A DNA stretch of 64,000 nucleotides, taken from assembly GCF_009914755.1 (NCBI RefSeq), contig NC_060927.1, one strand, 5' to 3'. Under the pieces are notes generated by a model. It did not search any database. It was not told the DNA's origin and saw only the letters and a list, made by a program, of their open reading frames with translations. Each line of letters begins with the position of its first letter. Within the stretch, counting starts at the first letter, position 1. The stretch is from the human T2T-CHM13v2.0 reference genome, Homo sapiens. Made by a program: the position numbers and the translations under genes. Below, in pieces: positions 12,801 through 28,459 of this stretch.

Positions 12801-14819
12801 TGTGATAAGATACTGCAACCATTAAAAAAGTAAACTAGCCGAATATATTTCTTAAAGAGAAGGTATATCAACTATTCTATGATAAAATATATTTTGGATG
12901 GCATTCTTTAAACTTTGATGATTTATTACATACTAATCCCACCAAACAGTGGCCTAATCAAGTAACTTTAGGAGATATTTGCAAATATATTTTTTTCTTG
13001 GAGGAATAAACATTATTCAAAGTTAGATATTCTTTGTTAAAATCTTATTTTGATAAAGGCAAGTGTCTTATTACACATGCCTCAAAAATGTTAAAGCTAT
13101 GAGTATTACAGCTATATTCCATGAAGTATTCAACGTGGAACAGAATTTGGGGTCTCATTCACCGAGCCACCCAGGACATAGAATTTATTCAAAACCATTT
13201 TCTGAGGAAAAGCTTGACTGGATCTGCCTATGGGTTAATGGGAAAAGGAAATCCTGTAAGTTACACAATTCTCCCTGAGCAGTTGAATTGCTTCCTTTCT
13301 TCCGAACATTGTGAATTGTGTAGCTGACCTGGTTTTCTTTTTCCCATTGGCTACCTGCCACATTTTGGGTCATAAGTTCACACTATGATGTGCATTGTAA
13401 ACTTCATTCCTGTTCTCTATTTATGTCCTTAATGTGATTTTCTTTTTAGTACTTCTTTTGCTTCACTTTTAATTTTTGCTATTTCTTGTATTTTAATGTC
13501 TCCTTATAAACTGTTTTAAATTATTTCTGAAATAAAGTGTTATAAAGATATATAGATGAGTGGTGGCTAAATAAAAAATAATATACATACAACATGCAGG
13601 CCAGAAGTTATACTTCCTAATGAGTATAACACCTTAAAAATATTTTATCTTAAGAGACCATAAACATATTGTAATTGATGTTGTCACTAACAAAAACATC
13701 TTTGAAACTTCTTTTTTAGGTTTTCCTCCTCAGCTTTTGGCACAGTGTGTAAATGTCTGTAAGATTTATGGGTCATGATTATAAGACTTTGTGGGTCACT
13801 GTGGTTTCTAGAAAAAAATCCCCAAGTGTTTCATGGTAAAGCCTGCTAACCTAAATGGCTCAGTGAGCTGGGTAATCAATCAAGTTGACTTTTCTTCTCC
13901 AAATATACAGTATACGTACATAAAGTGATATGACATTTTTAAAAATGTTCTTAAAAAACTGGCATTGAAAGTGTTTCCCAAGGTACAGCTCAGAGGAGTT
14001 TGCATGCCTGTTGGCATTGTTAGGCGAAGGGCGTGCCCTTTGAGGAAGTCCATTAATTTGGATGTATTTGTTCTGATGTGTTTTTTTCAAAAGCATCTCA
14101 CCACCCCCACCCTACCCCCACAACCAAGAGAAAAAGAGAAGGTTTGGTGAAGTATTAGTCATGGTAATTAACACATCACAAGAAAAGTACATACGGACTC
14201 CCACTCATTTTTAGGAAATAGAGAAAATTGCTTGGGATCCTAGGCACTTCCCATCATTCTATAATTCACCTACAATAGAGCACAGATGTGCTTTTTGTAT
14301 ATTCTGAGAGTATAGGGCTTCGTACCTATATTTTTATAGGTATGAAGTGGTATACCACTGTTTTATAATAGTGGTATTATGCAGTTATTTCTGGTTGGAA
14401 AACCTGAAACCATTTTGCCCCGGTGAATGACGATTTTTGAAAATCTGCTCATGATCTAGTCTTTTAACTGCAGCCCAGCATGTCTCTTTCACTGAATGTT
14501 TTATGTTTAATACAACTGCTACAGCACCATGACATCATAGAATGTTATTACTTGAAAAGGCCTTAGAGGTTATCCAGGCTGTTGGACTACAGGTAGGTAT
14601 AGAACTATGTGGCACAAGGGTTCAATGCTTTGAATTGAATTCATATGCCAGTGTTGAAGTTGCTTTAACAACTACAAAACAAGCTAAAAATAATTAATAC
14701 TGAGAAAGATTACTTAAGACAAGAGGATTCCAACTTTATCATAGGCAAGTTTAGGGGGCCAGTGGAAGAAGAGATACAGATTGCCAGGACCCAAGACAAT
14801 GGCAAAAGTAACAAGATAA

Positions 14820-15190
14820 TCTGTGCAATGTGGCTTGTGTCCCCACCCAAATCTCATCTCGAATTGTAATCCCCATATATCCAGGGAGGAACTTGGTGAG
14901 AGGTGATTGACTCATGGGGGCGGTCTCCCCCATGTTGTTCTCATAATAGTGAGTGAGTTCTCATGAGTTCTGATGGTTTAAAAGTGTTTGGCAGTTCACC
15001 ACCTGAATGTCTCTCTCTCTCCTGTCACCATGTAAGTTGTGACTTGCTTCCCCTTTGCCTTCCATCATGATTGTAAGTTTCTGGAGGCCTCCTCAGTCAT
15101 GTGGAACTGTGAGTCAATTAAACCTGTTTTGTTTATATGTTACCCAGTTTTAGTAAGTGCTTTATAGCAGCATGAAAACAGACTAATATG
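14820..15190 (+). mobile_element. THE1D-like MaLR solo LTR
   Basis: TGTGTCCCCACCCAAATCTCATCTCGAATTGTAATCCCC ... GTGAGTCAATTAAACC ... GAAAACAGACTAATA. Confidence 0.85.
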
Positions 15191-15902
15191 TGGCCCAAGA
15201 TGATTTCTATGTCTAGGTTGAAGGATAAGAAGATAGATAATTAAACAGTGAAATTCAGATATGATCATGCAGCAGTTCTTGTGAAGAATATGGTCAAACA
15301 TTAAAGCAGGGAATAATGATTCTTTTCTATGCAGATAGATTGCTGAGTTGCATGTAGAGTTTCTCCTGACCAGGTTGATTTGGAGTTGCCAAAAGAAGTG
15401 CTCAGCACTTATTTAAATTAGATTAAGTAGGATTAAGAGTTGTCCTGTGGCACCAACCAACATCACAGCCTCTTGACACTGGACTGTAGGATATATCAGA
15501 AAGAAAGAAGTGGTCTAGTTGGCAGGATCATCTAACTCACTAATTTTACAGTTGAGAAAACCAAGAATAAAGAGATGACTAATAAAAATGAATCAAATTG
15601 TTGGGGCAAAGCTAAAACCATTAGCTGGGTCTTCTTCTACTCCTATTTCTTCTTCTTTTTTTTTAAATTTTTTTTTCTTAAATTTTATTTTATTATTATT
15701 ATACTTTAAGTTCTAGGGTACATGTGCACAATGTGCAGGTTAGTTACGTATGTATACATGTGCCATGCTGCTGTGCTGCACCCATTAACTCGTCATTTAG
15801 CATTAAGTATATCTCCTAAAGCTATCCCTTCCCCCTCCCCCAACCCCACAACAGTCCCCTGAGTGTGATGTTCCCCTTCCTGTATCCATGTGTTCTCATT
15901 GT

Positions 15903-19709
<3,807 letters not shown>

Positions 19710-19772
19710 TATGATGTTAGCTGGTTATTTTGCTCGTTAGTTGATGCAGTTTCTTCCTAGCCTCAATGGTCT

Positions 19773-20789
19773 TTACAATTTGGCATGATTTTGCAGTGGC
19801 TGGTACCAGTTGTTCCTTTCCATGTTTAGTGCTTCCTTCAGGAGGTCTTTTAGGGCAGGCCTCGTGGTGACAAAATCTCTCAGCATTTGCTTGTCTGTAA
19901 AGTATTTTATTTCTCCTTCACTTATGAAGCTTAGTTTGGCTGGATATGAAATTCTGGGTTGAAAATTCTTTCCTTTAAGAATGTTGAATATTGGCCCCCA
20001 CTCTCTTCTGGCTTGTAGAGTTTCTGCTGAGAGATCCACTGTTAGTCTGATGGGCTTCCCTTTGTGGGTAACCCAACTTTTCTCTCTGTCTGCCCTTAAC
20101 ATTTTTTCCTTCATTTCAACTTTGGTGAATCTGACAATTATGTGTCTTGGAGTTGCTCTTCTGGAGGAGTATCTTTGTGGTGTTCTCTGTATTTCCTGAA
20201 TCTGAATGTTGGCCTGCCCTGCTAGATTGGGGAAGTTCTCCTGGATAATATCCTGCAGAGTGTTTTCCAACTTGGTTCCATTCTCCCCATCACTTTCAGG
20301 TACACCAATCAGACGTAGATTTGGTCTTTTCACATAGTCCCATATTTCTTGGAGGCTTTGTTCGTTTCTTTTTATTCTTGTTTCTCTAAACTTCCCTTCT
20401 CGCTTCATTTCATTCATTTCATCTTCCATCGCTGATACCCTTTCTTCCAGTTGATCGCACCGGCTCCTGAGGCTTCTACGTTCTTCACATAGTTCTCGAG
20501 CCTTGGCTTTCAGCTCCATCAGCTCCTTTAAGCACTTCTCTGTATTTGTTATTCTAGTTATACATTCCTCTAAATTGTTTTCAAAGTTTTCAACTTCTTT
20601 GACTTTGGTTTGAATTTCCTCCTGTAGCTCGGAGTAGTTTGATTGTCTGAAGCCTTCTTCTGTCAACTCATCAAAATCATTCTCCATCCAGCTTTGTTCC
20701 ATTGCTGGTGAGGAGCTTCATTCCTTTGGAGGAGGAGAGGCGCTCTGCTTTTTAGAGTTTCCAGTTTTTCTGCTCTGTTTTTTCCCCAT
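19773..20789 (-). pseudogene. L1 ORF1 with nonsense at codon 24; remaining 309 aa open from Met30
   Basis: ATG at 20789 reads MGKKQSRKTGNSKKQSASPPPKE* (TGA = tca at 20718-20720). The downstream ORF 19773-20702 is L1 ORF1p. Confidence 0.93.
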
Positions 20790-21817
20790 CTTTGTGGTTT
20801 TATCTACTTTTGGTCTTTGATGATGGTGATGTACAGATGGGTTTTTGGTGTGGATGTCCTTTCTGTTTGTTAGTTTTCCTTCTGACAGGCAGGACCCTCA
20901 GCTACAGGTCTGTTGGAGTTTGCTAGAGATCCACTCCAGACCCTGTTTGCCTGGGTATCAGCAGCGGAGGTTGCAGAACAGCGATTTTTGTGAACCGCGA
21001 GTACTGCTGTCTGATTGTTCTGTTTTGTCTCAGAGGAGTACCTGGCTGTATGAGGTGTCAGTCTGCCCCTACTGGGGGATGCCTCCCAGTTAGGCTGTTC
21101 GGGGGTCAAGGGGTCAGGGACCCACTTGAGGAGGCAGTCTGCCTGTTCTCAGATCTCCAGCTGCATGCTGGGAAAACCACTGCTCTCTTCAAAGTTGTCA
21201 GACAGGGACATTTAAGTCTGCAGAGGTTACTGCTGTCTTTTTGTTTGTCTGTGCCCTGCCCCCAGAGGTGGAGCCTACAGAGGCAGGCAGGCCTCCTTGA
21301 GCTGTGGTGGGCTCCACCCAGTTTGAGCTTCCCAGCTACTTTGTTTACCTAAGTGAGCCTGGGCAATGGCGGGCGCCCCTCCCCCAGCCTCGCTGCAGCC
21401 TTGCAGTTTGATCTCAGACTGCTGTGCTAGCAATCTTCGAGACTCCGTGGGCGTAGGACCCTCCGAGCCATGTGCGGGTTATAATCTCCTGCTGCGCCAT
21501 TTTTTAAGCCCGTCGGAAAAGCGCAGTATTAGGGTGGGAGTGACCCGATTTTCCAGGTGCCGTCTGTCACCCCTTTCTTTGACTAGGAAAGGGAACTCCC
21601 TGACCCCTTGTGCTTCCCGAGTGAGGCAATGCCTCACCCTGCTTCGGCTCTCGCACGGTGCGCTGCACCCACTGTCCTGCACCCACTGTCTGGCACTCCC
21701 TAGTGAGATGAACCCGGTACCTCAGGTGGAAATGCAGAAATCACCCGTCTTCTGCGTCACTCATGCTGGGAGCTGTAGACCGGAGCTGTTCCTATTTGGC
21801 CATCTTGGCTCCACCCC
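20790..21817 (-). promoter_or_regulatory. L1 5'UTR internal sense and antisense promoter, YY1 site intact
   Basis: CpG-rich 5'UTR; GCCATCTTGGC (AAGATGGC on the L1 strand) at 21799-21809. Confidence 0.8.
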
Positions 21818-21824
21818 TATGTAA
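21366..21824 (+). CDS. L1 antisense ORF0, extended (152 aa); translation unproven
   Basis: N-terminus MAGAPPPASLQPCSLISDCCASN...VGVTRFSRC matches primate L1 ORF0. Good Kozak context GCAATGG. Confidence 0.6.
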   Translation: MAGAPPPASLQPCSLISDCCASNLRDSVGVGPSEPCAGYNLLLRHFLSPSEKRSIRVGVTRFSRCRLSPLSLTRKGNSLTPCASRVRQCLTLLRLSHGALHPLSCTHCLALPSEMNPVPQVEMQKSPVFCVTHAGSCRPELFLFGHLGSTPM

Positions 21825-22419
21825 TCCTCCTATTTCTTCTTAAGGATTTCTATTCAGAGCAAGAAAATCCTCTTTGGTAACTATCCTGAGGTTCAGAACT
21901 TCCTGGACTTATTAATGTTGTTGAGTTCTCCTAGACTCTACTTTTTGTGATTTCTTTATAACTCTCTGCAACATTTAAGATCTGCAACTACTTTTGCTAA
22001 TTCTCTGGAAAGGAATTTTGCTTGCTGTGATGCTGCTCCCCTGAGGGGTATATTTCTCAGCAATTATCCTGCCTATCCTTTGCCCTCCTGCTTCATAAAT
22101 GTCAGTTAAAATGGGCCATAATTTAATAGAAATGAAAGCTGATTAACCCTTACCTATCCTTTTCAGTGTTTGGTTTTTGAGTTGTCTCTACTTATTAGTA
22201 ATTTACTTTAAAAAATGTCTCAGTGATGTTTTCTTTATTCCTAGAAAGACATGTGTGTGTAAGGGTGAGGAGTGGCATATAGGTGGGAGGAGATAACTGG
22301 AGAAAACGGAAAAGAAGAACCATATTGACTTCTTTTGTCCCTTTCCTGGCTCTTCAGTTTTGGGTCCCAAAAAGCTATGGATAGCATTTATTTTTATATA
22401 AGAGCATTTATTTTAATAT

Positions 22420-22625
22420 TAAACAGACATGATTTGAAATCCCAGCTAGATGACCATGGGTAAGTCACTTAACCTCTGTAAGATATTTTTCTTCTTTTAT
22501 AAGATAGAGGTAACAATAGTGCGTATTTGATAGGACCATTGTGGGTATTGAATAAGATAAATGAAAAATGCATAAATTAGTGCCTGGCACTTAATAGGTA
22601 CTCAATAAGTGTTAGCTATTATTAT
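22420..22625 (+). mobile_element. MIR
   Basis: GGGTAAGTCACTTAACCTCT ... AGTGCCTGGCAC ... CTCAATAAGTGTTAGCTATTATT. Confidence 0.8.
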
Positions 22626-22899
22626 AATCTTCTACCTTGAACAAGTAAACTTGCTGCATGTTTAAAAAATGTGCTTGGAATATTGAGCTTGGTGAAAAAA
22701 TAATGTATTATATCTTCCACTGGAGCAATTTGAATATAGAATATCATAGTGAATGCAATAGACGATATGGGCATTTGGCCGTGAATGATTCATAAGACTT
22801 CATTTGGGTCAGGTGAAGATGCTCATTTGATTTGCTTTCCTGCTATAATCTGCATGGAATTGACACAAATTGGAGTACAGCCCAGTCTCAGTGACTTTC

Positions 22900-23590
22900 T
22901 TAGGGACCACGTCAATGCTGTACTTTTCTCCTCTTAATGAATTTTGTTTCCGCTTCCCACAACCCCATTCTAGCATGTGGCCTGAACTGGAGTTGCCATC
23001 TTTTTAAATGACTCCATTTTCTGGGCATGAGAATTGTTTAAGAGTGGGTACTTACACTGAACCAGACTAGTCATAGTTCTCTCTAAAGCAGTGATTCTCA
23101 GTACAAGAATATTTTGCTACCCCACAGTGAAAGACATTTGGCATTATAAACAATTTGTAATTGTTATGATGGGGATGATTGGGGGGGCTATTAGCAACTA
23201 CTAGGTAAGGGTAAACAATGCTACTAAACATATACAATGTCTAGGACAGACCTCACAACAAAGAATTATCCAGTCTGAAATGTCAATAATGGTGCTGCTG
23301 AGAGACTTTGCCCTAAATATTTTTTCATTAGCAGCTGGTAGATGGGGGTTTTATATCCCAAGACTGTAATATTAGAGAGTGATGTTTCTGGGACCATGTC
23401 CTTTACCATGTCCAGAAATCAATGTAGAGAGAAGAAAGAGAGAGGCTTAACTTTGTTTAAGTCCATGATTCTAGTCATTCTTAAAGCCAGTTCCAATTTC
23501 TTCTTTGTTTAAGGAGGTTAATAAAATGCCTTATTTTGTTTAAACTAGTTTAAGTTGAGTGTTTGTTACTTGGAACCTAATAGCTCTAAT
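22900..23590 (+). mobile_element. MLT1 (J/K/L-like) LTR interrupted by MER20
   Basis: 3' end AATAAAATGCCTTATTTTGTTTAAACTAGTTTAAGTTGAGTGTTTGTTACTTGGAACC. Confidence 0.55.
23088..23312 (+). mobile_element. MER20
   Basis: CAGTGATTCTCA ... GACATTTGGCA ... ACAACAAAGAATTATCCAG ... AATGTCAATAATG ... GAGAGACTTTG. Confidence 0.8.
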
Positions 23591-26424
23591 GCACTGGATA
23601 TGTGTACTGAGTGCAACTCTGCATCTAATTTAATTAAGTGAGGATAATGTAGTAAAATTTGAGCTGCTTCTTCTGTAGGGGTTGTTTCAGCATTGCCATC
23701 TATTAGCTCTCACCCTTGGGCCATTCAGTCTCTCAAGCTTTAATTTCCTCATTGAAAATGAGTATATTAATACCATGTGTACAGATATCAAGATATTTTA
23801 TCTAAAGTGCTGAGCACGATGTATGGAATATGGTAGGTATCTATCAAATGTAAACTCTCTTCCTTCGCATTGTTTAAATATTTAAAGAACAATTTGTTTT
23901 AAGAGAAATACTTTGGAGGCTTCCTTGGTTGCTTGTTTTTGGATCTATTGGAATTTGGGATTTTTGATACAAATCTTGAGATTTATGGGGAAGACCGACT
24001 TGAATTATTGGCAACTGATCTAAAAGGGATTAAAAATGTTGAAAATGTAAAACATTTAAAATTATAAAAATATAAAAATCTACAAAGCTCGTATCCAGTT
24101 GCGGCCAAATGAATATGCATCTTTTCCTCTGAAGATTATAGTAAGAGAGAATTGACCAACTATCCAGGACAGTGCCTCCTAACGTTGAATATGTTGATAG
24201 TAATTTCCACTTTGCATGTCATTCATAGTTTTTCAAACTATGAATTTTCGAACTATGAAGTATTTCAAAAGAAACTTGATTTCTTTTCTGTTTGTTTGTT
24301 TTTGAATGTGTTTAGCTAACAGAATTCCTATGCAGTTCATATTTAACTAAATTACTACATCTTTCTTTTTAATGGCACAGCATCTCTGCCCTAGTGCTTT
24401 GTGGTCAGTTAGGAGTAGTCCCCTGAGAAAGCAAGATCAGATAAGGCCAAATGGCTTCATAGAAGCGACTTTTGAAGCTTTGCAGCTAGAAAGATAAAAG
24501 CCTGGCAAGAGAGTAAGCAGGAGTAATATGCTTTGGTGTGGATCTAATGACCTAACTGAGTTTCCTGGAATATCTGAGGTCATAAATATGTGGAATTCCC
24601 GTAATTATTCTTTTATGATAAATTTAAATGTTTGATACAACCGGGTTAGCTGAGTATGTTTATCTTAAGCCATGAAGCAATATGCTTCAAAGTTTGGTGT
24701 TTCCAGTGGGAAAAAAATTTTTTATTCATTTGGAATGTGAAGTTAAATTCTTTCCAAACAGCTCCTGTTTTGTAGGTATTTTTTTTCCTGAAAATCTGTT
24801 CCCTTTGAAAATTTAAAAATTATAGCTCAGGGGCCTAAAATGTAAATTTGTAACAAGAAGTAGCTTGATATAGCACAGTAATTTTAGGATTTTTTTCTTT
24901 TTAATGTCACCAAGGACTTGTGTTTTGAAATTTTTTTCTAAACTGCATGCATTAAACAATAAATAATTAGTTCCATCTGAGTTATTACTGGCTTTCCATT
25001 TAAGCATGAATTCAAATTTAAATGAATGATCCAAGTTTACCATCGTATTATGATTATGCATAAATCATTACTTCAGTTATGATGCTACTACATAGTGAAG
25101 TTAGATAAGTATACAGGCAATAAGCACCATTCATTCCTATGGGCAACGTTAGTTTAGCTGTCTCTGCATTTTGGTCTAAGTGAGCAGATTCTACTTAGAA
25201 AGGGGGGTGTCTTCTTTACATAATGACTCTTGTGTCAGAGTCAGATCCACCAATCATATTCCAGAAAATTCTACCCTGAGGTTGCTTGAATCTTTTTCAG
25301 AAACTTTGTGGAGCTTCTGGGCAGCATGAGAGCATTAGTGTGACCATACTGAATTTACATAACTCCAGGTAAAATGAAAGAAAATTGATTTTTAAATTTG
25401 TCTTCCATACCTGTGTTATTAGATTTCCCTTTAGATCTCTAGAATTACTGAAAATGACTTGTAAGCTCATACTTTTCCTCATTCACTAACCTGGGACTCT
25501 GGGCTGAATATCACTGGTTTATCAGAAAGAACAAAAAAGAAACCTTTGAAGACTGTCCTTCTCATGCCAGCCCAGATATTAACAAGCTGGATGGTCTATG
25601 AAACCATTTCCTACCTGTGAGCAACTTTAGTGTCACCAGATGTAAACATAAGGACTTTGAACTGGATAACACCACCGGGTCACACCCAGTACTAAAAAAG
25701 TTTGTTTTCCCATGAGGTTGCTTTCTAGGGCTAGAAATCCATCCTGAAAGCTTTTATGTGTTATCATATTCTAAGAAGAACTTTTTTGTAGGTATTTTGC
25801 TAGCTCCAGATATCCTCATTTATTTCATTACATCGTGGAACATCACACAGAAAAATGACAAGTCCCAAATTCTTAAGAATTGAGTGTAGGAGGAGAAATT
25901 TCCTCTCTTACAAATAGTATATCCTGAGCTAATCCACTTTCATTTATAATGCTGTTCTTAATCTCTTTGGAAATGGCAATCCATGTAGCCTGGTGAGGAT
26001 CTGTTGAAGTATTTCTAAACATTCTTCTGCTTTTTATATGTAGGAGACCACGGTTTATGCTATTTTTATTTTTTCTCAAAATATAGACCATCTGCCTCAG
26101 AATAAATCAGAGAAGTTAAAAAATGCAGATTCCTCATAGTGTGACTGAATCAGATGTTTGGGAATCTTTATTTTTAATGACTTATACTAAGACACACCAA
26201 ATAAAGTGTGCAATAATCTTTGTTTGTTGAAACTGTTTTTGGTACATTCTAATAAAACCATAATTTTCCATTCAAATGGATGATACATATTGGTGAAGCT
26301 CATTGGAAAACCATGAAAAATGAGAGAGTAAAGGTAAATTACCAATTTTCCAACAAACATCTATCTTCCCCTAATGTTGTTAAAAAAATCAACTTACAAT
26401 AAAATAGGTTGAAAAATGACTTTA

Positions 26425-26695
26425 GCTACTATTTATGCACCTTTGCCACTTGCTAAGCATCATGCTAGTTATTTGACATATGTTATCTCCATTTAGTTTT
26501 CTCCACAACACAGAGACAGGGATTATTAATTTCTTCATTTTGCAGGTGAGGGAGTCTAAGGCTCATGTAGCTTAATCAAAGTGATTTGCAAAAATTGTCA
26601 CAGCTAGTGAAGTAGTGAGGCTAGGACTCATTTTTATAGTAGTAGTCAGACTTGAATCCAGATTCTATTTTACTGTGTAATTTGTGCTTTATTCT
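26425..26695 (-). mobile_element. MIR
   Basis: CATTTTGCAGGTGAGGGAGTCTAAGGCTCA ... GTCACAGCTAGTGAAG ... TTGAATCCAGA. Confidence 0.65.
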
Positions 26696-27539
26696 ACATG
26701 TTTATGGTGGAACAAGTAATAAATGATCATTGTTTTCTTCTGCATAGACTCCTGGTATAGTTTCCATTGATCATGTGATGACAGGTACCAACTTCAGAGG
26801 ATCCTGCTGTGGTGGCGATCAGCCTCAGGGCAGCCACCTGCAGCTGCTGCTGCTCGGTCTGTTGCTCCTGCAGCTTCCATATTGTGTGATGTGGCTCCAA
26901 TATTTCATATGGCCTTAACATAAATCCCTGCCTCCCTGATTTCTTTAACCCTTTTCAGTTTCCCCTGCTAGAGTTGTTTGGGATCTGGTCATTCGTTCTT
27001 TAAATTGTCCGCATAACAAACCCCTTGCCTTCTGAGAAAAGGAGGAGAGGATGGCATTTTGACAGTGTGGGCAAAACAAGAACAATTTTATTTCTGGCCC
27101 AAAGTAAATTCAGTGGTCCTAACAAAAATCTGAAAATTTATTCTCAATATGACTTTCAAGGTTGGAGAAAGATATTTTGCTTATCTGTCCTTGATAAAAT
27201 CTTCTATTTATATACAACCAGTTTGTGCTCAAATCTACACCTTCAAATTAGAATCCGGATGGAGTTTCATTGGCATCAGTAATGTCTAGGCTAATTTGCC
27301 TGGGTGAGAGAGCTGTGATTTAATATTTAATGAGAAGTTTATGGTATTAATTCTTATCTCAAGCTAGATAAATGAACTGGATTCAGATGAGACAATCACT
27401 TTGCACTCATTACGCAGGGCATTGCAAAACTGCAATGCCTTGATGCTTTTTCCCTTCATAACCTCATTTGTGTTTTGTTGACTTGACTTGAGGAACTATA
27501 TTTCTCCTCAGTGTTCTTCAATCTGTTTACATTTGCAGT

Positions 27540-27892
27540 AAATTAAATTATTGGCAATTTTTTTCCCTTTGCCAGTAACTTTGCTATTTCTTCCACTTGA
27601 CTTTGGACTTGACCACGTGACTTGGCTTGGCCAATGGGAAGTCGGCATATGTAATACAAGAAATAATGCTTGTGTATGTGTGATCATTTTCGCACCCCTG
27701 CCATCTCCATGGGAAGAACTTCATCTGATGAGCCCATGATCTAAGGAAGATTAGAGAGAAGTAGAGCAGCCCAGCAGATCTGCATCCTGAAGTAGAGCCA
27801 TTGTAGCAAACCCACAGAGTTTAAAGAATATAATAATTTTACGACACTACATTTTAGGGTGGTTTACTACATAGCAATATCTGACTGAGACA
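27540..27892 (+). mobile_element. MLT1 (G/H/I-like) MaLR LTR
   Basis: GACTTTGGACTTGACCACGTGACTTGGCTTGGCCAATGG ... TTTTAGGGTGGTTTACTACATAGCAATATCTGACTGAGACA. Confidence 0.75.
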
Positions 27893-28459
27893 ACATTTTT
27901 TGAATCTATTTTTATGGTGCAGTCAGGAAATCATTAGATAAAGAACCCAGAGTTTTGAATTTTCATCACTATTCTACCACTACCACTATGCAAGTTACTC
28001 ACCTTGAATTTCAGTGTATCCTTATTGCTAAAACAGTTGCACTGAGCCGGAGGAAGAAAGCGTAGCCTCATTCAGTTCAGAATATCTCTGATGTGGAAAT
28101 ATCACAAAGTTGGTATTGGAATAAAACTTCTAAAACAAAGAACTGGCACACCTAACTCAATGATTGTGCAAGCCTTCTGATATCAAATTTGTATTTTCTT
28201 TCAGTAGGAAATACACAGGTGTTTGGAACATTTATTGATATAAAAGCAGGGGCTTAGTGTGTATCTGCCATTTTATTTCTCATCATATGTCTCTGGAACT
28301 CACCAGAGCCATGGATGATTTTTGCATTCATGCCTTATTCCGTTGATTGTTTATGGCTTATTGGCTATTAGAAAAACCTAAATACAAGTGATTATTGATT
28401 ACACGATAGATAGAAAAGCCCCCATCACTGTCTTTTTCACCTCAATTCAACCAGTTTCA

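Noticed and set aside
25873-26091. Protein-looking 72-aa ORF (PHQATWIAISKEIK...)
   Set aside because: No recognisable family or splice context, and the length is within chance expectation.
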